Source: Paraphysomonas bandaiensis (taxonomy: Eukaryota > Protista > Chrysophyceae). Taken from it: a stretch of 64,000 nt of DNA. Position 1 is the stretch's first letter. Each line of letters starts with the position of its first letter. Shown piece by piece: positions 11,619-24,909 of the stretch. Where the stretch lies: NCBI GenBank assembly GCA_965644295.1, contig CBFFRP010000153.1:103892-167891 (forward strand), written 5' to 3'. The notes under the pieces are model-generated. The model saw nothing but the letters and a program-made list of their open reading frames with translations, ran no database searches and was not told the DNA's origin. The translations under genes were made by a program, and so were the position numbers.

Positions 11619-12430
11619 TTGTCAGTAAATATTGCGAATTTGTATATATTCACGTTCACAAAATATATAAGTTATCGTTCGATAAGTATGTAATATAAAT
11701 AGAGTTGACACAAGCAGAACAGTTGCTGTGCTTTTAATTTAATTGCATATTTTGGCTTCACATACAGTATATAATATATGTAATCGAAGCGACTACGTGA
11801 AACGTTGATACAGTGACACAGCAAAATGGATGATTTATGAAACTATTATGGTACAAGGATGAAGTAGTGCAAGTCAGGGACTGGTAACCATTAATGGTAG
11901 TGGCATTAATGGCCATTATAATTGCCGGGACTTTTTTAATTAATGCTATTATAATTGCCGGTAACCGGACTACCATTGATGACATGTGTCACGCATACCT
12001 GTAGTTACTGTTATACGTGGAGTTATACGGTGTTATACTGCGGTACTCTAGGTAGCATGCTGTTGTACTTTCATTTTCAGTTTATTTAGTATACATTGCG
12101 GTTACTGTATTCTTGAAGGGATATAAGTCCCGTATATGTACAAGTATGATACTGTAAACTGTAGATGATTCACAGCAAGATAGAGTGTTGTATGATTTCA
12201 CTTTCTTTCTTTACACGTTTTAACGTAATTTAATTCATTCTATACTCGCGGTTTGCTTGTGTTAGGAGGCAGTTTCACCGGTTTGGTGTTCTGGACAGTG
12301 TATTCTCGGTTTGGGAAGCACTTTAAATTAATAAAACGTTGTAAACACGGTCTTTCTCATCAGAAAGATTACAGTATTAATACTTTAGTCGGATAGAAAG
12401 AAACATTGTTTATTTATATTATTGTCGACT

Positions 12431-13069
12431 ATGAGTTCGGAAGAAGAGGTTTCAAAGATTATGGAGTTCCTTCAGCAGCGGTTTGCTGAACAAAATGAAC
12501 AGTTTGCTCAACAAAAGCAGCGGTTTGCTGAACAACAAGAGCAGCTGAACAAGCGTTTTGAGTCCATCGATCTTCATTTCGAAATGTTCGAACAAAGATT
12601 GCAGCAGTTGGAGTCTCGACGTTCCTCAAGACGAGCGATTCCAGCTAATTCAGATCTACTTCAGAACAGAACCGATGAGAACTGTATTGTGCAGAATGTT
12701 GTCAATGATATGTTGGAATTTGTTGAGCAGCAGGACGTTCAGTCAGAGTCATTCGAGGCTGAGATTTTTGTTGATAATTCTCAAGTTGTTATGCAGCATG
12801 TTGCCATTGATCCTGAAATGGTAATTCCAAATTCCTTTGGAAAAGAGACTACTGCCAATGATGCTACAGATGTAATCGAGCGCATGTCAGTCGTACCTTT
12901 TTCAGTGTTCAATTATTCGGTGTTTGAATATTCCTTGTTTATGCTGATAAAGCAAGATGCAGCTTGTTACGTTTTTCAGTTTCTTACGTTGAACAAGAGT
13001 TTGAGTTTATTGCTTTCAAATCTTGTGTTTATTGCGGAGCATGGGCCAGGGCCGCCATTAATTCAGTAA
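12431..13069 (+). CDS. Chimeric ORF: Gag N-terminal coiled coil fused to an unrelated C-terminus
   Basis: The first ~75 aa match the Gag start at 41838; the rest is unrelated, with a hydrophobic tail ending HGPGPPLIQ. Confidence 0.45.
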   Translation: MSSEEEVSKIMEFLQQRFAEQNEQFAQQKQRFAEQQEQLNKRFESIDLHFEMFEQRLQQLESRRSSRRAIPANSDLLQNRTDENCIVQNVVNDMLEFVEQQDVQSESFEAEIFVDNSQVVMQHVAIDPEMVIPNSFGKETTANDATDVIERMSVVPFSVFNYSVFEYSLFMLIKQDAACYVFQFLTLNKSLSLLLSNLVFIAEHGPGPPLIQ

Positions 13070-15234
13070 GTTCAATTCCAAATCCAGCAAGTGTCTTTTG
13101 TTTCAAAGTTCATCTTATTATTTATGATGATGCAATATTTATCATGGTTTTATTCATTTTATTTCGGAATGGATTGAGGTTGTTGTGAGCCTTACCGTTG
13201 TGATAGGAGTTACAATATGAGAGTTCTGAGTTTTTGAGAAGTGTGATCCATATTCAATAATGTCTAGTTAAAATTATGCTCAATAGTCCTGTGTGATACT
13301 GACTACTACGAGAGAATAATTCGGTTTTAAGTTCAATGTATAAGAATGGGTTTCAGTGAATTTATCAAGTTTCAATGAATGACAGTATTGTCTGAGATTG
13401 GTAAAAAGTCTGCAAAGAGTTGTTCAATATCAATGGTATGGTTTCAACATCAATGGCAAGCAATTATTGTTATAGTTTTGCAAGGGTCATGTATGGTTTG
13501 GATAAGTTTTGCAATACTATATGATTCATATACGAAAGTATAATTTCAGAGGAAGTAAACAGTTTTTTAATGAACGCGATTGCCTCTATGTGAACAGAAT
13601 GTAAATTTTGATGTTGTAATTTCAGTATGAGGAAAGTATATTTGGAGCAATATGTTTTCAGTGTGCTTTGCATTTTGTATTAAAGAGAATGAATGGACAC
13701 AGGAAGGAGTTTGAGATATTCATTGTCTTGTTGATGGTTATAAAATGGTTACTCAGTTTTTTTTTTTGGATCTGCAATGGGATTGAATTTGAATATATGG
13801 TATCCATAAATGCAACGAATTAACTTGTCTAAATTCATGGTTAGTTGTTGAATGAAAGTTGTTCGAAATTGAAGTTTCTGTTACGTTGAAGTGAATATGG
13901 TTCAGTGATACAACATGTCAATGAAATTTTGAAAACTTTGTCGCTGGTATTTTTCAATTGTTCGACTGTATTATGCATCGGGTATGAGATCGATGGTTAA
14001 GTGTCAATGATATTTGGAGGTATGGTGTTGATAATACTATTGCATGCGAAAGAATTATATATGCTAGTGATGGTTAACTTCGAGACTAAAAATGGGAGTT
14101 ATTACTTTGCGAGCTTGTTGTTATTTCAGTTGATATTTCTATTGTTGGATTCTTTTCAATGAGATTGCGTTGAGTGGATCATTCTATTGTTTACAATATT
14201 ATAATGTTGTATCTGAGGGAAATCGTTACGTATGGTTACTGAAATATAAGACCAGTGCACTATGTTCGTATATATTCAGAATGAGATGAATGATGTTTTG
14301 ATTGGGGTGGTTATTGATTGGTCCGGTGATATTTTCATTAATCAAATATTGTTTCGTTCTAAAATCGAGAGGATGAATTACAATTATTGTACAAAATAAG
14401 ATATGTCAAAGTAGAGTTTGGTGCACAAATACATGGATGATGGTGGTTGATTACTTTCAGATTCAGTTGTCAAAATGGGTTGTAAGACACTTACGGTTTC
14501 CAGTTGTGTGTGTCTCTTCTTGCAAAAGGGTGGTACGAGAGATTTGAGTTAATATTATGGATTCAAATTCGGAATAGTGGATTAATTAAGTTTCTTTGTG
14601 AACTCGCTTCTATTGTTTATGATGAATGAAATAAGAGTTTTACAACGTTGTTGTAGTATGTCTGGGTACAACAAGGTTTAAGCTAAGACTTGCTCAACTT
14701 GGCTGTTGCGAGTATTTGGTGGAGTGTTATTCAGTCCTAAGGTTAGTGTCTCTCTGATTCACTTCGGACTTGTATTCACGGAAATTCAATTGTGTCTAAT
14801 GGCGGGTGAAATGAACAAGTGTTTGAGTTGAAGCGTATTTCCTACAATTGAATTGCGTGAAGTTTATGATGATCAAATACTTGTGGTTAATGTCATTGAG
14901 TGCGGAATCTATTTACATGACCATTAGTGGCTCTACGTAATTCTCATTTGGTTATATTGGATATATAAGGCAAAGGTTAATCCAAAATCTTATGAGCATT
15001 TGAGAATTCAGTATCTTTTAATTTCACTGTGGTATTCTATTTAACTACAAGTGAATTCTGTAGTTGATGCGAGGATGCAATTTGTCATGTTAAGTTTTTC
15101 CCGACTGGAACTACAGAGATTGATGTTAAGGCGTTATCCGAGGGCTTATCTTGCTATTGTGTGGATGGGATTAGTTTTTGAATCTACTGCTATTATTGGT
15201 CTTCGTGAGTGCTGGGTTCTATGAGGAGTTTCTA

Positions 15235-16401
15235 TTGAAGTGGTTTGAAGTTCGATTTCGAGTGTCATTAACTAATCGTCATGAGTCTAATATGGTCGAG
15301 CGATCTCATCGAGAGCTGTTGTGATTTCTACAGGGTTTAGTCCACGATGAGAGGTTGCAAGATTCATGGGGGGACATTGAGTGTTACATGTTGATTCAGT
15401 TCATTTTGAATGATGAAGTCAGTAGTGAGACTGGACTCTCTCCTTTTCAATATGTGTTTGGTACCGTTGATATTCCATATTTTCGTTTGGGTGAACTGAC
15501 TATGGATGAATCTTCTGCTGCGGGTTATGTGTCTATTTTGAATGAGAACTTACAGAAGATTCGAGCGGTTGCCATGGATGTTCAGCGCAAGATCCAAGAC
15601 AAGCGCAAGTCTGCCACGCCTGCACATACTTTGAACGAATATCAGCCTGGTGATTTAGTTTTGTTGCGGCTGGATCCAACTCAGCACAAGCCCAATAAAT
15701 TATACCCTCGTTTCAAAGGTCCTTACGAAGTGGTATCCACGTATAAGGCTGATGTCACATGCATGCATGTTGTGATGCGTTTTGAAGTTGTGTAGCACAT
15801 GTCATGGCTCAAACCGTTCTTTGGTACGCCTGAGCAGGCATATCGTGTTGCGCAAATTGATTTTAACCAGTATACTGTGGTTGCTGTGATTGCATACCGA
15901 GGAGATCCGGAGGTTCGTTCTCGAATGGAATTCCAAGTTCAGTTTGAGGATGGTTCGTTATTATGGCTTCCATGGTCACAGGATATTGCTTCCACCTCGC
16001 AATTTCAGTCGTTCTGTGAGCAGAAACCTCAATTGTTCCCTCTGTTGTTTTCTGCTGCTATGGCAAAATCTGAACGTGCACGTTTGAAACGTATACCTAT
16101 CGAAGGGGTGTCACCTGGTCAAACAATTTATGTAGATTTGCGTGCATGGGGTTCAGATTTCTATGATGAACTTAATCTGCCGAATTGTTATACAACGATG
16201 TATGTTGTCGAATGTTCTTATGTGCGGTGGGTTGGCCGTCGCCAGTTACGTATAGACCTCTATTGCCCTTTGTTTCAATCTACATATGAATGGAGTGCCT
16301 ATGACGTTCACTGCTATGGTCGAGTCACGGAATTTGATCCTTCTACTAAGGTATTGGTGGATGCTGCATTCTGCCAACAATATCCTACTATTCTTCTCTA
16401 A
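15235..16401 (+). pseudogene. Integrase C-terminal/chromodomain-like remnant
   Basis: Near-identical to 46258-47424 but with in-frame stops at ~15322 (CGA>TGA) and 15793 (CTG>TAG). Confidence 0.9.
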
Positions 16402-17062
16402 TTGTTGATTACTTTTATTTATTTAATATTTATTTCATGATTATATCACATATATATATTATAACATTCATACTATTATTCATACTTATTATTATATAAT
16501 ATTGCTCTACGTATGTTTATTACTTTTATTTCATGAATTGGATATTTATTTGCTAATGCTTGGAATGACGCTATATTGGCTGATACAAGTGTTACTTCTA
16601 TCTATCCCAGATATGTATTCCTATTTCTTTTCTCTAGCTGGAGGGAGAAGGGGTAGTGTCACGCATACCTGTAGTTACTGTTATACGTGGAGTTATACGG
16701 TGTTATACTGCGGTACTCTAGGTAGCATGCTGTTGTACTTTCATTTTCAGTTTATTTAGTATACATTGCGGTTACTGTATTCTTGAAGGGATATAAGTCC
16801 CGTATATGTACAAGTATGATACTGTAAACTGTAGATGATTCACAGCAAGATAGAGTGTTGTATGATTTCACTTTCTTTCTTTACACGTTTTAACGTAATT
16901 TAATTCATTCTATACTCGCGGTTTGCTTGTGTTAGGAGGCAGTTTCACCGGTTTGGTGTTCTGGACAGTGTATTCTCGGTTTGGGAAGCACTTTAAATTA
17001 ATAAAACGTTGTAAACACGGTCTTTCTCATCAGAAAGATTACACATGTACTGCTATATATTG

Positions 17063-18649
17063 CAGGGCTAGGAAACGATATATTGAATTGCAATACATTG
17101 TACAATATATTGATTGGCCGACCGGCCAAAAATCCCATCAATATTGTTTCTGTTCAAGTGGCTCACAATATATTGCAATCAATATTACGATACGAGATGT
17201 GGGAACTCGCTGTAGAGAAGAGAAAGGGTAAAAATCATGAAAAAAATCGTGAAAAAGTGTCTTTTATGTTTAATTCCATAACTTTTTCATTTCAGCAATC
17301 GAGGTAGCCAGACGTAATAATGCACAACACATATGCCACTCTGGGACTTCAAAAAGGCCTTTGACTCCATTACACCTACTCTAATGAGACTAGCATGGGC
17401 ACGGCTCGGAGTTCCCGATGCTGTGGTTGAATGGTTTGGTGACTTAGACGCTGGGGGCCTCACATTCCCATGGACACCGTTCATGGCGAATAACATCGAG
17501 CCACGTTCGCTGGCAGACCATTTAGCTACCGACGGACACTTCCTTGCACAATTCGTACTGGGAGTTGAGGCCGCGAGAGGTATCACACAGGGGGGCACCG
17601 AATCCACATCCTTCTTACATGGCTAGACCTAGATCTTAGAGCAATCTGTCTTACACCAGCACCGCTACTCCTACCGACCCCGAACTCAGGGAAAAAAGTC
17701 TCCTTCGCGGATGACATCACCACCATAGATACGTCTATCACTCAGGCCCAGGAAGAGACAACTGAACGATGAATGCATACAAAAGTAGAGATATCTACCG
17801 CTGTTTTTGGAGTCCGGTTGAAGGGGAACCAAACAAGCACGAATGCAAAGTCTGTGGGCGCATACGAGTGCAGAAGATATCGAATGGCTACAAAAACTTG
17901 AAGAACCACACATCGCCACATGTATTATGGTGAGTGGGAAGATTCCATGAAGAAGTATTTACGGGTGTTGTTTGCACCAATGGTACCATGGATGCTGTTG
18001 TTTTCCAACCTTCGGACAAAGCAAAAGCATTTTTGAGTGGGTAGAGTTGTTAATGCTGATAATGTTTGCATTATTGTTGAGTTCTGCATTGGGGACAACT
18101 GCGCTACAAACAGAAAGCTGGCAAACGATTCCGGTAATACCTTTGTTTGAGTGAAATCGTCGTCTGTTATAACTTTTCAATAGTATATAGGTGTGCCCCT
18201 AGTTGGATGTGCATCTCATCGACTTAACCTTGCGGTCAATGAACTCCTCGGTAGCAAAGAGAAGCGAAATAAGGAAGGAGTTGTGACAAGACCTGACCAA
18301 GGCATTAGACCTCTCATTCAGCACGTAGACCTACTCATGGGGAACTGTAAGCAGCCTAATAATTAATTTTGGATGAATATGGTGATGTTGACGTCAGCGA
18401 TGATGGCTCAGAGGATGAGAACGAGGTGGATTTTTATTAGCTATAAGTAGTTGTGGGTTTGGTTGCCATATGATCTTAATGACTAATACTAAAAATGGAA
18501 TCTACAGATGTGTTTACTTACTGATTAGTCATACTAATATATTGCAATATATTGTAATTGTATTGTTGAGCCTGTTCAAAATCTCCATCAATAGTACTGT
18601 TGGAACGCTATCTAACAATAATATTGCAATATATTGTTTCCTAGCCCTG
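17063..18649 (+). mobile_element. Decayed hAT-like DNA transposon
   Basis: 23-bp TIR CAGGGCTAGGAAAC(G/A)ATATATTG with one mismatch and subterminal CAATATATTG repeats. Remnants: BED-finger-like NGYKNLKNH (~17883), KSIFEWVEL (~18025), CxxH motif VPLVGCASHRLNLAV (18193-18237). No TSD found. Confidence 0.75.
17333..17760 (+). pseudogene. Non-LTR (LINE) reverse transcriptase fragment inside the hAT element
   Basis: WDFKKAFDSI, RGITQGGTES and a downstream FADDITT (17704-17724) RT motifs, broken by frameshifts and deletions. Confidence 0.8.
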
Positions 18650-18927
18650 AGATCAATACTAAATAATTGAAATAATTGAAATTGAGACAGCAAGTAATAA
18701 TTGCAATTATAATTGACTACAACCTTCGTCACTTAATTGACACGCAGCCCTGCTATTCCTATACAAGTAACAACCCTCACATGCACATGTGATCATGCTT
18801 AAGATATTATTACTTCGAAATAACGACAGTGCAGGTACTATATATATATTATTTTGCTATACAATATATTGCACAGAAATTCAGTATAAAATGTTGGCAA
18901 ATATATATAAATTATCATTGCTTGCCC

Positions 18928-21900
18928 TCAATCAAAAATCGGATGATCGGGCGACATGTCGTATTTCCTTAGCATTTCCAGAGCCACAACGCGATAGTGA
19001 TCATTGGAAATGCAATCAGAATTAAACACTTGGCGGCAAGCATACATTTCTGCACACCAAAATGCTCGACCAAAAGTAAATTGGCTATACTTGCTGATCG
19101 AATACTCAGCCATCTCCATTCTGAAAAATGACAACGGTAGCTTCGTGCCACATGATGTAACACATTCTCCCCAAGTATTCACTCTATTATTTAACCTCAC
19201 CATCTTCATCAAGAGCGTTTCCTTCAGGACAATCAAGCACGGTATTCCCACCGAAAATTGCTCCAGCTTTACCAACAACGCCGCAGTGTGCTGCCTCATG
19301 CGATGGGCTAGTCCACCACCCCTGTCAAAATGTAGATATACATCATTCGCTAATATTGCCAGACAAGAAAACGCCGTCATAAATGTACAAACAATTCCAA
19401 TAGGACTAACATCATTACGTTGGGAAAATTTATGAGCAGAGAATACTAGTAGAGTGGAACATTTTCTTCGAAGTGCAATATCAGGAGATAAGAAATGCTT
19501 CGTAAAAACGGCAAGGATGCCGTTCAATGCATGTCGATACATTTCCCCATAGTGACCTTGCTGCGTATTCTCCAGAAGAGTTAGGTTATTCTTAGCCAGT
19601 GAAAATTTACAACCCAGCGTATTGATAACTATCTTTAGCTCCAAACACCACACCTTGTACAATGCAGTACCAGATCCCCTATTCGATAAAGCTGCCGCAT
19701 TATCACTCATCAGAACCTCAGCTGATGCAACATCCCCTCCAAGAAAATCAACCCAGGCGCGAGAATTCCACAACTCAAACTGAAGTAGTCTCGAGTCCTC
19801 AATTTGACACATATGTCCACAATAGAGATCAACCCGAGCTGCGTCAAAGTCAGCCACTGATGCGCTCTTAAAAGCGGAGTGATAATGAAACTTCGCTTTG
19901 GCTACTGCTTCAATGACACTAGAATCCTCGCATAAGGTAATGGCATCAGTCATGGACTTAGATGAAGCAGTGATGTTGCCATTGCACATCTGAATCGTCG
20001 ACTGCAAAGCCAGGGCAGCTATATACTCTGAATTCTTTCTTTTTTTTAGCAGTAAAACAGCATGCGCTATATAAGCAGAAGCAGAAGTGATATCACCACG
20101 CATCAAACACACTTCTGCTTGGGCACAATACAACGCAGCAAAGGTCTTTGTATGGTGCTCTGCTATATTGCGGCGGCTACAGCCAATCGACCAAGGAACA
20201 TAATTGATGCCCGGGCCGCCAATATGTCTAGCCAATAAGAACAAATTATTACTCATCGCAAATCTCCGGCGTCTAAACACGCAAAGTGATATTATAAGAG
20301 CTTACAGAATACGCGTGAAACACACCTGAACTCAAGCAGACTTAGTTCGCTGAGGTATATCATCAAGAGATATCTTGATATGGCTTGACATTGAATCCGT
20401 ATATGACCCTTCATCTCACTCGCAACAAGGTAGCGCTTTGTTACAAATACGGACTCAAATTGGGCGTAGTTGTGCAACGATAGAGAACATCGCCTCTTAT
20501 TAGGGCTGTGATAGTACTGTTTCAGTACATCAGCCACGGATGCGCATCCCGTTGCAATGCCAACAAGGTGTTCATAGTACTCGTAGGAATCAGCTAGTAA
20601 ATTATTGCTACCAGTTTGATGAGCGGCCTTTTCGGCATATAAAATTTCCTTGGTTCGATCATCAGTATGCGCGAAATGAAATGCTAAATATGTTATCACA
20701 TGATCAGAAAATTTAGACGGCCATCGTAGATAATGTTCTTCTATTGCGCGAGCTATACATGAATGAATCGACTTTTTCTGACTGTCAAGCATGAGAAGAC
20801 AGACATACTCTCTAATGCACTTGTCTGAAAAAGTATAAGTAGCCGTGCTATTGCTGCGATTCCCAGAAGCTGAACTATTCAAGTAAGGCACAACGCCATA
20901 GGTTTTCCTCACAAGACGCCTGGAAGTGAGTTCAGACATGTGTATGAGAAGATTATCCGCAATGGAAAAAAAATCCATGTTTTGTAGCACCTCATCCACC
21001 AGATCCACACAGAACTTCGTCCCGCAGATTGCAGCAACTTTCAAAACGACTTGACTTTCGGCACTGAGGCCGTCAACTGCAGCCTGTGCAACTTTGTTGA
21101 TTCCTCCTCCATCGCTATCTTGCGACTTGCCTATTGTTGACCGGAGGTCATGAACAAGTTTAACTACAGACCCTGGGACACCATTGTCACTGTTTCTGAG
21201 TATATTTAAGATCGAACCCTCAGAAACTGCGTTAGGTGCCTCAGAAATTAACTTTGGGCCCAAAATCGTCTCAATCGCTACTCGGATGTCGCGGGCACTA
21301 AAGTGCTTTAGCAAAATTACATTGCATAGCTTCTTTAGGTCATTAATTGACACCACGTGGCCACTGTCGACAATAGAATCTGCTCGCATGTACGACATCC
21401 TTCGTGTGGACTCCTTTGGACGCATCGTACCAATGAAGCACCCTGACTTGATTCTCTTCATCATGCGCAAAAGCACTCTGTAAGAATCTTTGTCACACCA
21501 CTGTAAGTCTTCTATTATAAGTGTTCTACTAGAGCTCGTATTAACGGTTTCGCTTAAAACAAATTCTAACAGTGCTGTCAGGTATAATTCATTCTCTGAT
21601 TTCGTGATCATCTCACTTTCACTTTCGGGCAACGTACCAATGCTTAATATCAAAGGAATGATTGCACTGATGTGCTTCGAATCGATAACGTTTTCATCAC
21701 AAGCTGGCTTTTCCGTACATCTAACAGTATCACATTCATATGGATCTACTTCCTCGATCTGGGGACAGCTCATTGACAGGTTATTATTCCTTTGCCTCCA
21801 TGCAAACTTGACAGTATCGGGACATTTTGGCTTTTGCTTCAACACAAACCAGACGTCTGCATAACTTGTTTTCGAATGTAAAGACAGTACTTCCACAAGT

Positions 21901-24158
21901 TTATCGTTACAATCGTCAGTGAAGCTCATAATACTATCACTGGTGTGTGCAGATGAGTTTGTATCCACATGAAATAGTTCTCGCAAAATGTGCAAAACCG
22001 TTTCGTATGAATCTCCCATACTCGCCAAATGACAGCATATTACTGGTGTGTTACGTAAAAGCGCGTCTTCGATATCGACGATATACTTTACTAGTGTCGT
22101 CTTACCGAACCCCTGCGGTGCCTCGATTAGAAGCTTGTTGTTTGTAGTGCTTTCGACCGAAATACAGTCGGGAGTTTCAACTAAATCGGAGTTTGCATGA
22201 AGGGAACTATGTACATGGGCCCTCAGAGAGTACACTTCTGCACGGCGACCGATTAATGGTAATTTCTTCCTGGAATATACTGTTTTTGACAGCATGGTAT
22301 CCATGTCGGTAGATGATATATCCCTTTGGGGAGAGTAGACGCGAACTGGTCGATCGTAACCCTTGGCATTCACCGGGTCAAGAATCTGGAACTCAAAGTC
22401 CCGGACCACGCAATCGTATACACTGTCACTTATGAGAATCTGTTGTTCCGCCGCCTTGCCCATGAGGCGTGCAGCCAAGTTTACGCTAGGACCAAGAATA
22501 ACATACTCTTTCCGCTTCTCGGATCCGCAGTAGCCACAGTATGCATTTCCTGATGATATCCCGATCCGACAAATTACACCGTGTTCACTGAGAGCGTCCA
22601 TGATACCGAGGCCGGATAGCACCGCTCGTGCCTCATTGTCCTTATGACTGAAACCTGGAACGCCGAAAGAGCATATAACAACGCATCCCTTATCATCCAC
22701 GACATATTGGCGTAGTGCCCCCCCTAACTTCGCTAACAGCTCCAGAATGGTAATGATGACCAGTTGTGGTCGATCTAGATCGCCGTTGTCAAACTCATTG
22801 TCCAAGTTCAGAATTTGAACGAAAATAGTTACAACGTGTCTGATTTCAGCTAAAAAGTCACCAGTGCCACCCAAAACGGATGAGCGTGAAGACTGATGCA
22901 CAAAACGCATCAATTCCTTCCTACCACCAGTGAGACTGGTATCCTGTAAGGATGGAAGAGAACGAACGACCAAATCCTTCCGTCTCCGTGCAACTTTCTT
23001 TAGAGAAACAGAGCTCTTGGTCGCAAGTGCAATTGCCTTAAACTTCGCCAGACCTCTCTTACCTGTTCCAATTCCAGGCTGTTGATTCGTCTTCGGTATA
23101 GAGGACCGATCCTGTGAGTGCCAACCAGACAAACCATCGACAGAGCCATTGGATTTTTCAGTCTGCCCTTTGCGTGAGACAGTCCCCGCACTGGGCTTTC
23201 GACCAGGTGAAACGCTCGAAAGAAATGCTCCAAGAGCGCTGTTTGCAGTACCAGTACCTCCAGCAGATCCCATAACAGATTGATTGCGTGAGAGTGAACC
23301 GTTCATGTGAAAACTCGAGAATCGACCGAGAAGAGATTCAGTATTCGTTTGAGTTGCAGTCGCCTCGCCACCATACAAGTAATTCCCCATTGAGGTAGCA
23401 ACAAATGGCACACTTTTCTCTATGAAACTATACGCGAAAGCAGATATGCAGAACTCTCCCGCAGATGCTTCTGATTCGGCTAAGCCCATGTCTTTCAGTT
23501 GCGCTCCAGATATGAGAAACTCCATTCGATCATTGTTTCCGAGACACATACAGTGAAGTTCACCTGCACTCATACCACAATGCAACTTTAGCGACACTGG
23601 AGATGGGCCAGAGAAGTCCTGATAGTTACCACATCGATTCAGAAGTTCAATGCCGCACTGACAGGCCTGCATACCACGCTCCTCCTTGACACTTCGAGAG
23701 GACGATGATGAAGTCGTCCATATTATCAGAATGGCATCTCCGCAAAGTTTAACAGCATCGCCGTTATACTCCTCTACTGTATCTAGCAGTCGTGTGAAGA
23801 AGTGACTACAATTAATTTAGCAACCAGCACAAGTAAAATATGTAACTTTTACCACATACTTTATATGATATTTAAGCGACTCAACTTCTAGGACAGAAGA
23901 CAACCTAGTGAATCCCGATATATCTGCAAGCAATACAAACCCAAAGACAGATTTCGAGCACGCAGTGAAGTTGTCGCTCGAACTGGTCTGAGATAACATG
24001 TACCGCAGATAAGCGGGCGTTTGAGCGACACATTCGTCCAGAAAAGAGTCATTGTCAGACGTGTCAGATAAGTCGTCGAAAAGGTCGCTATTCTCATTAC
24101 CGACATCACAGTTACCACTATCCTCAAATTTTGGTGGTAGAGGATTTATTTTGGCCAT
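18928..24158 (-). CDS. Soluble adenylyl cyclase (ADCY10)-like class III cyclase: two cyclase domains, STAND P-loop NTPase, helical/TPR-like C-terminus (~1707 aa, 3 exons)
   Basis: ADISGFT, KLCGDA, DDKG, VNLAARLM and Walker A EAPQGFGKT. Introns 23806-23859 and 20273-20325 restore a single frame of 5124 nt. Confidence 0.9.
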
Positions 24159-24909
24159 TTACACAAAACCAATAGTTAAATAAACTCGAGAACTGGACGA
24201 TTCGACTTGCATTTTGACTGAAGCCTAGTGGCTGCTAACTCAGAGAGTACATAACAGGCAGAGACACACTACCACGTCAGTATTAAAATATTACTAACTC
24301 ACTTGGAGTGTTGTATACTTGAGTACCGTTTCTTCCGTTATGTGAACCTGCTGATGGTGTTGTTGATACAGAGCACTCGCGTTATAACGCGGTTCCCATA
24401 TACAGCAGTATATACACAGTATTTATACTGTGTGCCCAAAAAACTACCCAAGTCCAAAAAACTCTCCTGTCCTGGCTGTATCGGGATTTTTGTTTGCAGG
24501 CCGTTATTACGTGGAGTACAACGAACGTAAGTATCCTATAGAGTGGAAAATATTTTCAGTTTGCCTGTTAAAGATACAAAGTGGCGATTAATCCACCCAC
24601 TCTGACAAAAAAACTCGCCCCCAAGATGTGTTCGACTCTATAGAATGCAAACAACATTTTTATATGAATCCACAGAGAGCATAATCTTCGTGCAATCAGT
24701 TGCACTTAGAAAAGGTGCAGATAAGGAGCATACAAACTAGCGAGATTGAGAATGTCACGGTTTTATCAGCGCTATTTGAGTTCTAATGTATGGATGATAT
24801 TTAGTAGTTGTTATTAATTCGTAATTCTCGTTATACATTGTAGAAAAAGACAGAGAAGGCTGAGAGTTCTGGTCTATCTTCAACTGCAAATAGATATGAC
24901 CCTACAGCA

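Larger units (their letters stand above)
11987..17043 (+). mobile_element. Non-autonomous Ty3/Gypsy LTR retrotransposon (same family as 41393-48066)
   Basis: 387-bp LTRs at 11987-12373 and 16657-17043 (TG...CA, look identical), 4-bp TSD CATG, PPT ggagggagaagggg before the 3' LTR. Retains the gag N-terminus and the integrase C-terminal part (with stops); no recognisable PR, RT or RH. Confidence 0.95.

Noticed and set aside
11875-18751. Larger CAGGG-ended element enclosing the Gypsy and hAT
   Set aside because: The ends match over only ~5-8 bp and there is no TSD.
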